This document shows positions 9,474 through 19,329 of a stretch of 58,534 bases of DNA, one piece after another; positions within the stretch are counted from its first letter, which is position 1; each line of letters begins with the position of its first letter. Under the pieces are notes generated by a model. That model made no database searches and had not been told where the DNA came from. It worked only from the letters and a program-made list of their open reading frames with translations. This DNA comes from Armatimonadota bacterium. Lineage in GTDB: Bacteria > Sysuimicrobiota > Sysuimicrobiia > Sysuimicrobiales > Humicultoraceae. The position numbers and the translations under genes were made by a program. The stretch spans positions 1 through 58,534 of the forward strand of contig JBQTJP010000213.1 in assembly GCA_052386995.1 (NCBI GenBank), read 5' to 3'.

Positions 9474-10517
9474 ATGTCGAAAATCAACCGCCGTGAGTTT
9501 CTGTCGCGGTCGATGCTCGCCGCCGGCGCGATGGCCGGTGCCGGCGCCCTGGTCCAGTGGATCAGCGCGACCGCGGCCCGCGCCGCGGTCGCCGCGCAGT
9601 CGTTGTTCGCGCGGATCAAAGGCCTGCCCCTGGAGGTCACGCCCAACGAGAAGTTCTATATCGTCAGCAAGAATCCGGCGGGGCTGGATCCCAAGGTGGA
9701 TGCCGCGAAGTGGAGCCTGGAGATCACGGGGCTTGTCGGTAAACCCATCAAGCTGACGTACGATCAGATCCGCGCGATGCCGTCGGTCACGCGCTACCAT
9801 ACGCTCGAATGCATCAGCAACGAGGTCGGCGGCGATCTCATCAGCAACGCCCTGTGGAAAGGCGTGCGGTTCCGCGACGTGATAGCGGCGGCCGGCGGGG
9901 TCAACCCGAAGGCCATCCGCTTTGCGCTGCGGGCGGCGGACGGGTACACGGAAGGCATTCCGGTCGTCGACGCGATGAACGCCGACACGATGCTGGCCTA
10001 TGAGATGAACGGCGAGCGTCTGCCGCATGGCCACGGCTTTCCGGTGCGCATGCTGACCCCCGGCCTCTTTGGCATGAAGAATCCAAAGTGGCTGACCAAG
10101 ATCGAGGCGGTCACCACCCAGTTCACCGGCTACTGGCAGGCGTCGGGCTGGAGCGATGAGGCCGTGGTCAAAACCACGTCTATCTTTCGCGTTCCCGATC
10201 AACGCACGGTGGCAATGACCCCCGCCGGCGAGGTGGAGCTCGGCGGCGTCGCGTACAGCGGTGACCGCGGCATTCAGCACGTGGAGGTCAGCCCGGACGA
10301 CGGCAAGACCTGGATGCCGGCCGAGGTGAAGCCGGCACTGAATAAATTCACCTGGGTGCTGTGGGCGTCCGTCTGGAAGCCCGCGGCACAAGGACAATAC
10401 ACGCTGAAGGTCCGGGCGCGTGACGGCACCGGACTGCTGCAAACCTCGAAGGAGGAACCCACCCTGCCCGACGGCGCAAGCGGATATCACACGATCCGTA
10501 TCAGGGTCAGGAAATAG
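9474..10517 (+). CDS. Tat-exported sulfite oxidase/MsrP-family molybdopterin oxidoreductase
   Basis: NRREFL twin-arginine signal, TPNEKFY, TLECISN Mo-Cys, HGFPVR, MKNPKWL, C-terminal dimerisation domain. Confidence 0.88.
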   Translation: MSKINRREFLSRSMLAAGAMAGAGALVQWISATAARAAVAAQSLFARIKGLPLEVTPNEKFYIVSKNPAGLDPKVDAAKWSLEITGLVGKPIKLTYDQIRAMPSVTRYHTLECISNEVGGDLISNALWKGVRFRDVIAAAGGVNPKAIRFALRAADGYTEGIPVVDAMNADTMLAYEMNGERLPHGHGFPVRMLTPGLFGMKNPKWLTKIEAVTTQFTGYWQASGWSDEAVVKTTSIFRVPDQRTVAMTPAGEVELGGVAYSGDRGIQHVEVSPDDGKTWMPAEVKPALNKFTWVLWASVWKPAAQGQYTLKVRARDGTGLLQTSKEEPTLPDGASGYHTIRIRVRK

Positions 10518-10518
10518 C

Positions 10519-10953
10519 GTGGCCGGACCGAGCCGTCTCTTTACCGTCAGCGAAGCGAACGCAACGCTCCCAGAGCTGGTGCCGCGGATCGCGCGCCTGC
10601 GGATCGTCCGCGACGAGGCGCGGCGCGTGCGCGAATTGCTCGAAGTGCTCTGGCAGCGCCTCGATGACGCCGAGCCGGTCCTCTCGACGATCGGCGAGCG
10701 GCAAGCGGCGCTGGATGCGCTCCGCGCCGACTTTGCCAGGCTCCTCGACGAGATCGACGGCTTCGGCGTGATCCTGCGTGACCTCGACCTGGGCCTGCTA
10801 GATTTTCCCGCTCGCGTCCGCGGCATGCCGATCTACCTGTGCTGGCGGGAGGGTGAAGCGCAGGTCGCCTACTGGCACGGGGTGTCCGAAGGCTTTGCCG
10901 GCCGCAGATCCATCACGATGATCCGCGATCAGTCCCATCGCACGACGAGCTGA
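10519..10953 (+). CDS. DUF2203 family protein
   Basis: FTVSEANATLP...LRDLDLGLLDFP...YLCWREGE...YWHGVSEGFAGRR. Confidence 0.8.
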   Translation: MAGPSRLFTVSEANATLPELVPRIARLRIVRDEARRVRELLEVLWQRLDDAEPVLSTIGERQAALDALRADFARLLDEIDGFGVILRDLDLGLLDFPARVRGMPIYLCWREGEAQVAYWHGVSEGFAGRRSITMIRDQSHRTTS

Positions 10954-11089
10954 CGGGAGGAGGTCGCTCCCGCACCCGCGAAGCACATCACAGGAAAACC
11001 CGCAGCGGGCAACCAACAGGTGATCCGCAGGGAGTGTCACTGAACGCCCCTCCTCAAGTCTCACCCCGGTCACGCGCACGGAGGTCCTG

Positions 11090-12487
11090 ATGCCTGATCC
11101 CTATGATCTCGTTGTGATCGGCGGCGGCCCCGCCGGGTATGTCGGCGCGATCCGCGCCGCGCAAATCGGCCTGCGCACCGCGGTGGTCGAGCGCGACAAG
11201 CTCGGCGGCATCTGCACGCACTACGGCTGCATCCCGACCAAGGCGCTCCTGCACTCCGCCGAACTGTACGAGCGCATCAAGAACGCCGCCGAGATGGGTC
11301 TCGATGTGGGCGGTGTGACGGTCAACTATCCTCGGATGCAAGAGCGCAAGGCCGCTGTCGTCGAGAGCAACCACAAGGGTGTGCAGTTTCTGATGCGCAA
11401 GCACAAGATCGACGTCTTCAACGGGAGCGCGCGCTTCTTGTCGCGCACGCGCATCGGCGTGGCGCTCAACGACGGGTCGGAGACGGAGCTGTCGGGGAAG
11501 CAGACCCTGATCGGCACCGGATCCGCTCCACGCAGCATCCCGGGCGTCACAATCGACAACAAGAGAGTTCTGGACAGCACGGGGGCGCTGGCGCTGCCCG
11601 AGGTTCCCAGATCCATTGTGATCCTGGGCTCGGGGGCGGTCGGGGTGGAGTTTGCCAGCCTCTTCGGTGCGCTGGGCAGCCAGGTGACGCTCGTCGAACT
11701 GCTCCCATCCCTACTGCCTTTGGAAGATCAGGACGTCGGGAAAACGCTCGAGCGCGTGTTCACCCGAAAAGGCATTCAGGTGCGTACCGGGGCAACCGCA
11801 AAGTCGGCGGCCGCCGCGGGTGAGCGCCTCTCGATCGCCCTGGCGAAGGGCGAGCAGACGGAGAGCGTCGAGGCAGACTACCTGCTCGTCGCCGTAGGCC
11901 GCGCACCCTTGACCGAGGGCCTCGGCCTGGACGCGGCCGGTGTCGCCACGAAAAACGGCGCCGTTGTGGTCGACGAGTCTTTCCGGACGTCGGTCCCTGA
12001 GATCTACGCGGTAGGCGACGTGATCGGCAGGCCGTTTCGCCTGGCCCACGTGGCGTCCGATGAGGCCGTCCACGCGGTCGAAACGATCGGCGGGGTCGAA
12101 CATCCGCCGATGAACTACCAGGCGGTGCCACGGCCGACGTTTTCCATCCCGCAGGTGGCGACCATGGGTCTCTCGGAACAGGATGCCCGCGAGCAAGGGC
12201 ACGACGTCAAGGTGGGACGATTCCCGTTCACGGCCAGCGGCAAGGCCCGTATCGAAGGGGAGCGGGAAGGCTTCGTGAAGTTCGTGACGGATGCCGGAAG
12301 CGGCGAGATCCTGGGTATTCATATGGTAGGACCCGCGGTGACCGAGCTGCTGGCGGAAGGCGTGGCGGCGAAGTATCTTGAAGGTACGGTGGTCGAGATC
12401 GGGGCCGCCGTTCACTCCCATCCGACGCTGTCGGAGGCGGTGAAGGAAGCGGCGCTGGACGCGCTGGGTAGAGTCCTGCACGCGTAG
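11090..12487 (+). CDS. lpdA: Dihydrolipoyl dehydrogenase (E3)
   Basis: GGGPAGY, GGICTHYGCIPTK disulfide, HSHPTLSE. Confidence 0.95.
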   Translation: MPDPYDLVVIGGGPAGYVGAIRAAQIGLRTAVVERDKLGGICTHYGCIPTKALLHSAELYERIKNAAEMGLDVGGVTVNYPRMQERKAAVVESNHKGVQFLMRKHKIDVFNGSARFLSRTRIGVALNDGSETELSGKQTLIGTGSAPRSIPGVTIDNKRVLDSTGALALPEVPRSIVILGSGAVGVEFASLFGALGSQVTLVELLPSLLPLEDQDVGKTLERVFTRKGIQVRTGATAKSAAAAGERLSIALAKGEQTESVEADYLLVAVGRAPLTEGLGLDAAGVATKNGAVVVDESFRTSVPEIYAVGDVIGRPFRLAHVASDEAVHAVETIGGVEHPPMNYQAVPRPTFSIPQVATMGLSEQDAREQGHDVKVGRFPFTASGKARIEGEREGFVKFVTDAGSGEILGIHMVGPAVTELLAEGVAAKYLEGTVVEIGAAVHSHPTLSEAVKEAALDALGRVLHA

Positions 12488-12509
12488 AATGGTTGGGGGG
12501 CGGAGAGCG

Positions 12510-13529
12510 ATGGCCAGAGAGACCAAGGCAGCGCCAACGCCGGCCAGACACGAGGCCCTCGGGCTGAGTGCGGACGCCCTGCTCGAGATGTACTACAATA
12601 TCGGGCTGGCCCGCGCGATCGACGAGCGGATGTGGGTCTTGCAGCGTGCCGGCATGGTGCCCTTCGTCATCTCCGGCCAGGGCCACGAAGGAGCGCAGGT
12701 CGGGGTGATGTCGGCCCTGGACCGCGAGCGCGACTGGCTGGTCCCGTTCTATCGAGACCTGGCGGCGTGTCTGGTCAAGGGCATGAGCGCCCGCGATCTC
12801 ATGCTTGGACTCTTCGCCCGACAGGGCGATCCGAGCAGCGGCGGCCGGCAGATGCCCGCGCACTGGGCCCATCCCAAGCACAAGATCCTCTCAACCAGCA
12901 GCCCGGTGGGGACGCAGTATCTCCACGCGGTGGGCATCGCGTACGCGGCGAAGGTCCGCGGCACCAGCGAGGTGTGCGTGACCTCGATCGGCGAGGGCGG
13001 CACCAGCCAGGGCGACTGGCACGAGGCGTTGAACTTCGGCGGCATCCACAAACTCCCCGTGATCTTCATGGTCGAGAACAACCGCTACGCGATCTCTGTG
13101 CCGCTGCGCCTCCAGATGGCGGTGAAAGATGTCGCGGTGCGCGCCGAGGGCTATGGGTTCCCGGGCGTGGTCGTCGACGGCTCCGATGTCCTGGCGTGCT
13201 ACGCGGCGGCCGCGGAGGCCGTGGGCCGGGCGCGCGCCGGGCAGGGGCCGACCCTGATCGAATGCAAGGTCGAGCGCCTGACCGCCCACTCGTCCGAGGA
13301 CAAGCAGGAGAAGTACCGGCCGACCGACGACATCGAGGCGTCGCGAAGCAAAGATGCGCTGGTGGTCTACAAGCACTATCTCGAGCAGGTCGGCGTCATG
13401 GACGAAGCCCGCTACACCGAGATCCACGAGCGCATCAAGGCGGTCGTCAACGACGCCACGGACTTCGCCGAAGCCCAGCCATGGCCCGACCCCGCCAGCG
13501 TGACGCGAAACGTCTACTTCGAAGGCTAG
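12510..13529 (+). CDS. bkdA1: 2-oxoacid dehydrogenase E1 alpha (branched-chain, Bacillus BfmBAA-like)
   Basis: SGQGHEG, SGGRQMPAHW, GEGGTSQGDWHEALNF, ENNRYAIS, AHSSED. Confidence 0.88.
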   Translation: MARETKAAPTPARHEALGLSADALLEMYYNIGLARAIDERMWVLQRAGMVPFVISGQGHEGAQVGVMSALDRERDWLVPFYRDLAACLVKGMSARDLMLGLFARQGDPSSGGRQMPAHWAHPKHKILSTSSPVGTQYLHAVGIAYAAKVRGTSEVCVTSIGEGGTSQGDWHEALNFGGIHKLPVIFMVENNRYAISVPLRLQMAVKDVAVRAEGYGFPGVVVDGSDVLACYAAAAEAVGRARAGQGPTLIECKVERLTAHSSEDKQEKYRPTDDIEASRSKDALVVYKHYLEQVGVMDEARYTEIHERIKAVVNDATDFAEAQPWPDPASVTRNVYFEG

Positions 13530-13539
13530 GGGACGAACG

Positions 13540-14529
13540 ATGCCCGAGATGCGGCTGCTGGACGCCATCCGGCAGGCGATGTACGAAGAGATGAAGCGCG
13601 ATGAGCGCGTCATGGTGCTCGGCGAAGATGTGGGCCTCAAGGGCGGCGTCTTTGGCGCTACCGACGGCTTCTATGCAGAGTTCGGTGAAGCCCGCGTGCT
13701 CGATACGCCCCTGGCCGAGTCGCTGATCGTTGGAGCCGCAATCGGCATGGCCGCCAACGGGCTGATCCCGATCGCGGAGATTCAGTTCTCGGACTTCATC
13801 CATCCCGCGTTCAACCAGATCGTGAGCGAAGCGGCCCGGATGCGCTACCGTAGCAACGGCGGCTTTGGGTGCCCGATCACGATCCGCGCCCCCTACGGCG
13901 GCGGGGTGGAAGTGCACGGCGGGCTGTATCACTCGCAGAGCATCGAGGCGTACTACGCGCACGTCCCGGGCCTCAAAGTGGTCACGCCGTACACGCCCTA
14001 TGACGCGAAGGGGCTGCTGAAATCGGCAATCCGCGATCCGGATCCGGTGCTCTTTCTCGAGCACAAGCGCCTGTATCGCGCGATCCGCGGCGAGGTGCCC
14101 GACGACGACTACACGGTGCCGATCGGTCCGGCAGCGGTGCGCCGCCAGGGGACGACGCTGTCGGTCTTCGCCTACGGGCAGATGCTGCACGAGACGCTCC
14201 AGGCCGCCGGTCAGGTGGCCGGCGAGGGCATCGATGCCGAGGTCGTGGATCTGCGTACCTTGAAGCCGCTCGATGTCGACACGATCCTGGCGTCGGTCGG
14301 GAAGACAAACAAAGCGATGGTCGTCTATGAGGACAACCGGTTTCTGGGATACGGCGCGGAGGTCAGCGCGCTCATCGCGGAGCAGGCGTTTGAGTCGCTC
14401 GACGGCCCGATCCTCCGTGTCGCGGGACTCGACGTGCCCGCGGTGCCGTACTCCGACCCGCTGGCAGGAGCCTTCATCCCGACGGCCGCGAAGATCGCCG
14501 ACGCCATGCGCCGGCTCGCGGCGTACTAA
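13540..14529 (+). CDS. bkdA2: 2-oxoacid dehydrogenase E1 beta
   Basis: GEDVG, DTPLAES, EIQFSDF, HSQS, LEHK. Confidence 0.88.
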   Translation: MPEMRLLDAIRQAMYEEMKRDERVMVLGEDVGLKGGVFGATDGFYAEFGEARVLDTPLAESLIVGAAIGMAANGLIPIAEIQFSDFIHPAFNQIVSEAARMRYRSNGGFGCPITIRAPYGGGVEVHGGLYHSQSIEAYYAHVPGLKVVTPYTPYDAKGLLKSAIRDPDPVLFLEHKRLYRAIRGEVPDDDYTVPIGPAAVRRQGTTLSVFAYGQMLHETLQAAGQVAGEGIDAEVVDLRTLKPLDVDTILASVGKTNKAMVVYEDNRFLGYGAEVSALIAEQAFESLDGPILRVAGLDVPAVPYSDPLAGAFIPTAAKIADAMRRLAAY

Positions 14530-14549
14530 CGGGTTCGTCGGGCAGACCG

Positions 14550-15866
14550 ATGCCGGTAGAGATCAAACTCCCGCAGCTCGGTGAGAGCATTCACGAGGGG
14601 ACGATCGCGAAGTGGCTCAAGAAGCCCGGCGACCGGGTCGAGAAGTACGAGCCGCTCGTAGAGATTACGACCGATAAGGTCAACGTCGAGATGCCCTCAC
14701 CCGTCGCCGGGGTGCTGAAAGAGATCCTCGTCCCCGAAGGCGAGACCCGCGCAGTAGGTTCGGCCATCGCATTGATCGAGACCGCCGAAGTCGCACGCTC
14801 GGCCGCGCCCGCCCAGGGACCGGCCCCGGCCCCGGCACGCGTTCCCGGCGGCTCCGCGGCAACGGGCCCCGCGGGGTCGGACGAGTCGCCGGTCCGTGAA
14901 CCGGCGGCGGCCGCCGCCTCGGGAGCTGGACAAAAGGGAGCGGGCGCGCGCCTATCCCCGCTCGTTTTGCGTTTGGCGCGTGAGCACGACGTGCCGCTGG
15001 CCGTCCTGGAAACACTCCCCGGCACCGGCACCGGTGGGCGCGTCACGAAGGAAGACCTGCTCAAGCATGTCGCCGGCCAGGTGGGCGGGACCGCCGCGCC
15101 GCCGACAGCTGTTCCGGCAAGGCCTGACCAGACTGCGGGCGCCCCGGCCGCGACGACCGCAACGCCACCCGCCGCCGCGGGCGGCGATGAACTTGTCAAA
15201 CTCACCCCCATCCGGCGGTCCATCGCTCAGCGGATGGCGCAGAGCAAGCGCGAGATCCCGCATGCCTACGGCGTCATCGAAGTGGACATGAGCGCCGTCG
15301 TCGCCTGGCGCGACGCGCACAAGGATGCCTTTCGGCGCGACGGTCCGCCGCTCACCTACACGGCGTTCTTCGTACGCGCCGCCGCGGACGCGCTGCGGGC
15401 CTTTCCCCTGGTCAACTCGTCCTGGAGCGAGACCGGCATTGTGCTGCGCAAGGTGGTGAACGTCGGCATCGGCATCGCCATCGACGACGGTCTGGTGGTC
15501 CCCGTCATCAAGGACGCCGACCGGCTGAGCCTGGCCGGGATCGCCGCGGCGTTGGATGACCTGAGCCGGCGGGCGCGCGCGAACAAACTCGGCCTCGATG
15601 ACATCCAGGGCGGGACGTTCACGATCACCAACCCGGGCGTGTTCGGATCGATCTGGTCGATGCCGATCGTCGTGCCCGGGCAGGCCGCGATCCTGGCCAC
15701 GGACGCGATCGTCAAGCGGGCCGTGGTGCGCGACGACGCGATCGCGATCCGCCCGATTATGCATCTCGGGATGTCGTTCGACCACCGCATCTTCGACGGC
15801 GCCGTTTCGATGCAGTTTCTCAATCACATGAAAACCTGGTTCGAGGGGTATCGCGATGGCCGTTGA
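14550..15866 (+). CDS. bkdB: Dihydrolipoamide acyltransferase (E2)
   Basis: Lipoyl domain TTDKV, peripheral-subunit-binding GTGTGGRVTKED, catalytic DHRIFDG. Confidence 0.9.
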   Translation: MPVEIKLPQLGESIHEGTIAKWLKKPGDRVEKYEPLVEITTDKVNVEMPSPVAGVLKEILVPEGETRAVGSAIALIETAEVARSAAPAQGPAPAPARVPGGSAATGPAGSDESPVREPAAAAASGAGQKGAGARLSPLVLRLAREHDVPLAVLETLPGTGTGGRVTKEDLLKHVAGQVGGTAAPPTAVPARPDQTAGAPAATTATPPAAAGGDELVKLTPIRRSIAQRMAQSKREIPHAYGVIEVDMSAVVAWRDAHKDAFRRDGPPLTYTAFFVRAAADALRAFPLVNSSWSETGIVLRKVVNVGIGIAIDDGLVVPVIKDADRLSLAGIAAALDDLSRRARANKLGLDDIQGGTFTITNPGVFGSIWSMPIVVPGQAAILATDAIVKRAVVRDDAIAIRPIMHLGMSFDHRIFDGAVSMQFLNHMKTWFEGYRDGR

Positions 15867-16794
15867 CGTCACGCGGCCGCGCGGTCCGCACGATGCCGGG
15901 CAGCCCCGGCGCCCAGACTGGCTGAAAGTTCGCCTCCCCGCGGGTGAGAACTACGCCGACCTGGTCCACATCATGCGCTCGGCGCAGATGCACACGGTCT
16001 GCGAAGAGGCTCGCTGCCCGAACATCGGCGAGTGCTGGGGGCGCCGCACCGCCACGTTTCTCATCCTGGGCAACGTGTGCACGCGGAATTGCGGGTACTG
16101 CGCGGTCGCACACGGTCTCCCAACGGAGCTCGATACCGCCGAGCCCGCGCGCCTGGCGGATGCGGTCGTGGCCATGGGTCTGCGGCACGCGGTAATCACG
16201 TCCGTCAATCGGGACGACCTGAGAGACGGCGGCGCGGCCATCTACGCCGAGACGATCCGGCAGATCCACCGGCGGCTCCGGACGTGCACCGTCGAAGTCC
16301 TGATTCCCGATTTCAAAGGGGACCGCGAGGCGCTGCGCACCGTCCTGGACGCCAACCCGGAGATCCTGGCGCACAACATCGAGAGCCCGCGGCGGACGTT
16401 CAAGATTGTGCGTCACGGCGGAAACTTCGACCGCTCGATCGAGCTGCTCGGCCGCGCGAAAGCGTGGGGGTACACCTCGTTCACGAAGAGCAGCATCATC
16501 CTGGGAATGGGGGAGAGCGTCGCGGAGGTCCTGGAGACGATGGACGATCTGCGCGCGGTAGACTGCGACGTCCTCACGCTCGGACAGTACCTGCGGCCAG
16601 GACCCGAATACCACCCGATCGACCGCTACTACACTCCAGACGAGTTTGCGACGCTGCGGCACGAAGGCCTGCGCCGCGGCTTCAAGTACGTCGAATCAGG
16701 CCCGCTGGTGCGCTCGTCGTACCGCGCCGACGAGCAGGCCCAGGCCGTGCGCGCCCACCGCGCGCGGTTCGGCGCCGCGCCCGCGGCCGATTGA
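15856..16794 (+). CDS. lipA: Lipoyl synthase (radical SAM)
   Basis: CEEARCPNIGEC, CTRNCGYC, VRSSY. Confidence 0.95.
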   Translation: MAVDVTRPRGPHDAGQPRRPDWLKVRLPAGENYADLVHIMRSAQMHTVCEEARCPNIGECWGRRTATFLILGNVCTRNCGYCAVAHGLPTELDTAEPARLADAVVAMGLRHAVITSVNRDDLRDGGAAIYAETIRQIHRRLRTCTVEVLIPDFKGDREALRTVLDANPEILAHNIESPRRTFKIVRHGGNFDRSIELLGRAKAWGYTSFTKSSIILGMGESVAEVLETMDDLRAVDCDVLTLGQYLRPGPEYHPIDRYYTPDEFATLRHEGLRRGFKYVESGPLVRSSYRADEQAQAVRAHRARFGAAPAAD

Positions 16795-16853
16795 AGCCGA
16801 CGCAAGTATCTCCCCCGTAAACTCATCATGGTTTGCCTATGAAGGAGGATGAG

Positions 16854-17414
16854 ATGGCCGTTCCGCTCCTAAGACGGCGCTTTACCGTCGACGAGTACTA
16901 CCGGATGGCGGATGCCGGGATCTTCTCCGAAGACGATCGGGTTGAGTTGATCGAAGGGGAAATCGTGGAGATGGTCCCGACCGGGAGTCAGCACGCGGGC
17001 TACGTTGGCAAGCTGAACAGGATCCTATCCAGCCGCGTCGGGGAGTCTGCATTCGTCTGGGTTCAGAATCCGGTTCGCCTGAGCGAGCATTCAGAGCCTC
17101 TGCCTGACCTCGCGTTGCTGCGTCCGCGCGCGGACTTCTATACCTCTGCGCACCCCGGTCCGGACGACATCCTGCTGCTGGTCGAGGTCGCCGAGACCTC
17201 CGCCGAGTACGACCGCGGAGTAAAAGTCTCCCTCTACTCGCGCTATGGCGCGCGTGAGTTCTGGCTGATCGATCTTCGACAAGAGGCTGTAGAGGTGTAC
17301 CGCGCCCCCGCTCCGGAAGGCTACCGTGAGATTCAGACCGTCCGCCGCGGGGGCCAACTGACGATCGAGGCGCTTCCGACGATCGGCCTTTCCGTCGACG
17401 AGATCTTCGGATAG
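16854..17414 (+). CDS. Uma2 family (DUF820) PD-(D/E)XK putative endonuclease
   Basis: FTVDEYYRM, RVELIEGEI, EPLPDLALL, LLVEVAETS, K..LY....EFWLIDL; RBS AAGGAGG. Confidence 0.88.
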   Translation: MAVPLLRRRFTVDEYYRMADAGIFSEDDRVELIEGEIVEMVPTGSQHAGYVGKLNRILSSRVGESAFVWVQNPVRLSEHSEPLPDLALLRPRADFYTSAHPGPDDILLLVEVAETSAEYDRGVKVSLYSRYGAREFWLIDLRQEAVEVYRAPAPEGYREIQTVRRGGQLTIEALPTIGLSVDEIFG

Positions 17415-17440
17415 AGTCCCCATCGCGGCCGGTCCGCGTC

Positions 17441-18110
17441 ATGTCGAGATCAGCGTACGATCCAACACTTTACGAAGGAGCCGCCCGGGACTACGCACGC
17501 TATCGGCTCCCATACCCCAGGTCGCTCTTCGAGCATCTTGTGAGCTGTTTCCGGCTGGACGGCACCGGCCGCGCCCTGGACCTGGGGTGTGGCACCGGGC
17601 AACTGGCGATTCCCCTTGCTCCGTACTTCGAGCAGGTCGTGGCGATGGACCCTGACCGTGGGATGCTGGACGAAGCGCGCCGGGCGGCCGAGGCGGCCGG
17701 CGTGGCGAACGTGCGCTTCGTGCAGGGGTCGTCGTGGGAACTCGCGCCAGCGATGGGCCAGTTCCGGCTCGTCACCATGGCGATTCGTTCCATTGGATGG
17801 ATCGGGACAGCGCCCGACGCGCCGGGCCGGTCAGGGCTTCTATATGCACCCGGATGAGACGCACGAGGCGGTGCTCCGGCGTTCCCACTTCACGGTGATG
17901 CTTAACTGGATTTACGAATACAACCGGAATCAGACCATCGATGAGGTCATCGGCTTTCTTTACTCGACGTCGTTCGCGTCTCGCCGGCTCCTCGGCGAGC
18001 GGGCTGAGGAATTTGCGCGAGAACTGCGGCGGCGGCTGCTTGACCTGGAGCAATCGGGAACCTTTAGCGAACGAATCGTCGTGACAGCCCTGTTGACTGC
18101 GAGGGCCTGA
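17441..18110 (+). pseudogene. Class I SAM-dependent methyltransferase, frameshifted and internally deleted
   Basis: LDLGCGTG motif in the 17441 frame; GDSFHWMDR only in a shifted frame at about 17780; C-terminal RRAG..Y...HE.VL / YSTSF part in a third frame. Confidence 0.8.
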
Positions 18111-18120
18111 GGGCAGCGGT

Positions 18121-19329
18121 TCAGCCCGAAGCGGACCTCACGCCCGACCCGCTTTGCGGGTGCCGCGCTGTCAGCCGTGCGGCCTCAGTGCGCGCCCATC
18201 TGTCCGCTTCCAGAATCTCATCGAGGCCCGGCCGTTGGATAGCCGTGTGGGCGTCCATCACCTTCCGGACGAGCCACGGGATCTCCAAAAAGCCGATCGA
18301 GCCGGCCAGGAACCGTTCCACGGCGATCTCATCGGCGGCGTTGAGCACGGCGCACATCGTGCCGCCCGCCGCCGCGGCCTCCCTCGCCAGGCCCAGGCTG
18401 GGAAAACGGTCCTGATCAGGCGCCTCAAAGGTCAGCGGCGAGAGCCGATCCGACCACGCCGGACCGCGACCCGGCGCCCCTGTAAGGAAGTCCGCCGGCT
18501 GCCGATGAGGATAGTGAAGCGCGTAGTGGATGACCAGGCGCATATCGGGAGGTGCCACCAGCGTCTTCATCGTTCCGTCCACGAACTCCACAAAGGCATG
18601 GACCACGGCCTGCGGATGGACCAGCACATCCACTGCGCCTGGCGGCATGCGGAACAGATGCGCCGCCTCGATGATCTCCAGACCCTTGTTCATCATCGTG
18701 GCCGAGTCGATCGTCACCCGCGGCCCCATGCGCCAGACCGGATGCGCCAGCGCTTCCTGCGGAGTCACGCGCGCCAGCTCTTGAAACGAGCGGTGCAGGA
18801 AGGGACCGCCCGACGCCGTGAGGATCAGCCGCCGGACCGTGCCGGGATCCTCGCCGGCGAGGCACTGAAAGATAGCGTTGTGCTCGCTGTCCAGCGGGAT
18901 CAGGCTCGCTCCTCCTGCCGCGACCGCGGCCATCACCAGATCGCCGCCCGCGACGAGCACTTCTTTGGTCGCGAGCCCGATCCGCTTGCCCGCGCGCGCT
19001 GCCGCCAGCGTGGGCAGGAGGCCCGCGATCCCGACCACGGCCATGACGACGACGTCAACACCGGCCAGAGTCGCGACGTCTTCGAGACTCGACGCGCCGC
19101 CGGCGACCGTAACGCCCTTGGGAACCGCCGCTCTCACCGCCGAGACAGCGCCTTCGTCGCCGACGGCGACGAAGCGCGGAGAGAACCGCTTGACCTGCTC
19201 GACGAGCAGATCGATGTTGCGGCCCGCGGCGAGTCCTTCGACGCGCAGCCGGTCTGGCACGGCGGCGATGACCTCTAGCGTGGAGCGACCGATCGAGCCC
19301 GTCGATCCCAGGATGGCGACGTTACGCAT
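18121..19329 (-). CDS. dxr: 1-deoxy-D-xylulose-5-phosphate reductoisomerase
   Basis: ILGSTGSIG, LATKE, PLDSEH, LTASGGPF, HPVWRMG, TIDSATMMNKGLE. Confidence 0.95.
   Translation of the reverse strand: MRNVAILGSTGSIGRSTLEVIAAVPDRLRVEGLAAGRNIDLLVEQVKRFSPRFVAVGDEGAVSAVRAAVPKGVTVAGGASSLEDVATLAGVDVVVMAVVGIAGLLPTLAAARAGKRIGLATKEVLVAGGDLVMAAVAAGGASLIPLDSEHNAIFQCLAGEDPGTVRRLILTASGGPFLHRSFQELARVTPQEALAHPVWRMGPRVTIDSATMMNKGLEIIEAAHLFRMPPGAVDVLVHPQAVVHAFVEFVDGTMKTLVAPPDMRLVIHYALHYPHRQPADFLTGAPGRGPAWSDRLSPLTFEAPDQDRFPSLGLAREAAAAGGTMCAVLNAADEIAVERFLAGSIGFLEIPWLVRKVMDAHTAIQRPGLDEILEADRWARTEAARLTARHPQSGSGVRSASG

Noticed and set aside
8883-10826. 647-aa minus-strand ORF and similar long antisense ORFs (e.g. 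38498-40195, 49784-51613, 32252-33697)
   Set aside because: Shadow ORFs opposite well-supported genes in high-GC DNA; no recognisable motifs
16854-18110. Restriction-modification or defence pair (Uma2 + methyltransferase)
   Set aside because: The methyltransferase is a small-molecule class I type without DNA-MTase catalytic motifs and is broken; solo Uma2 genes are common
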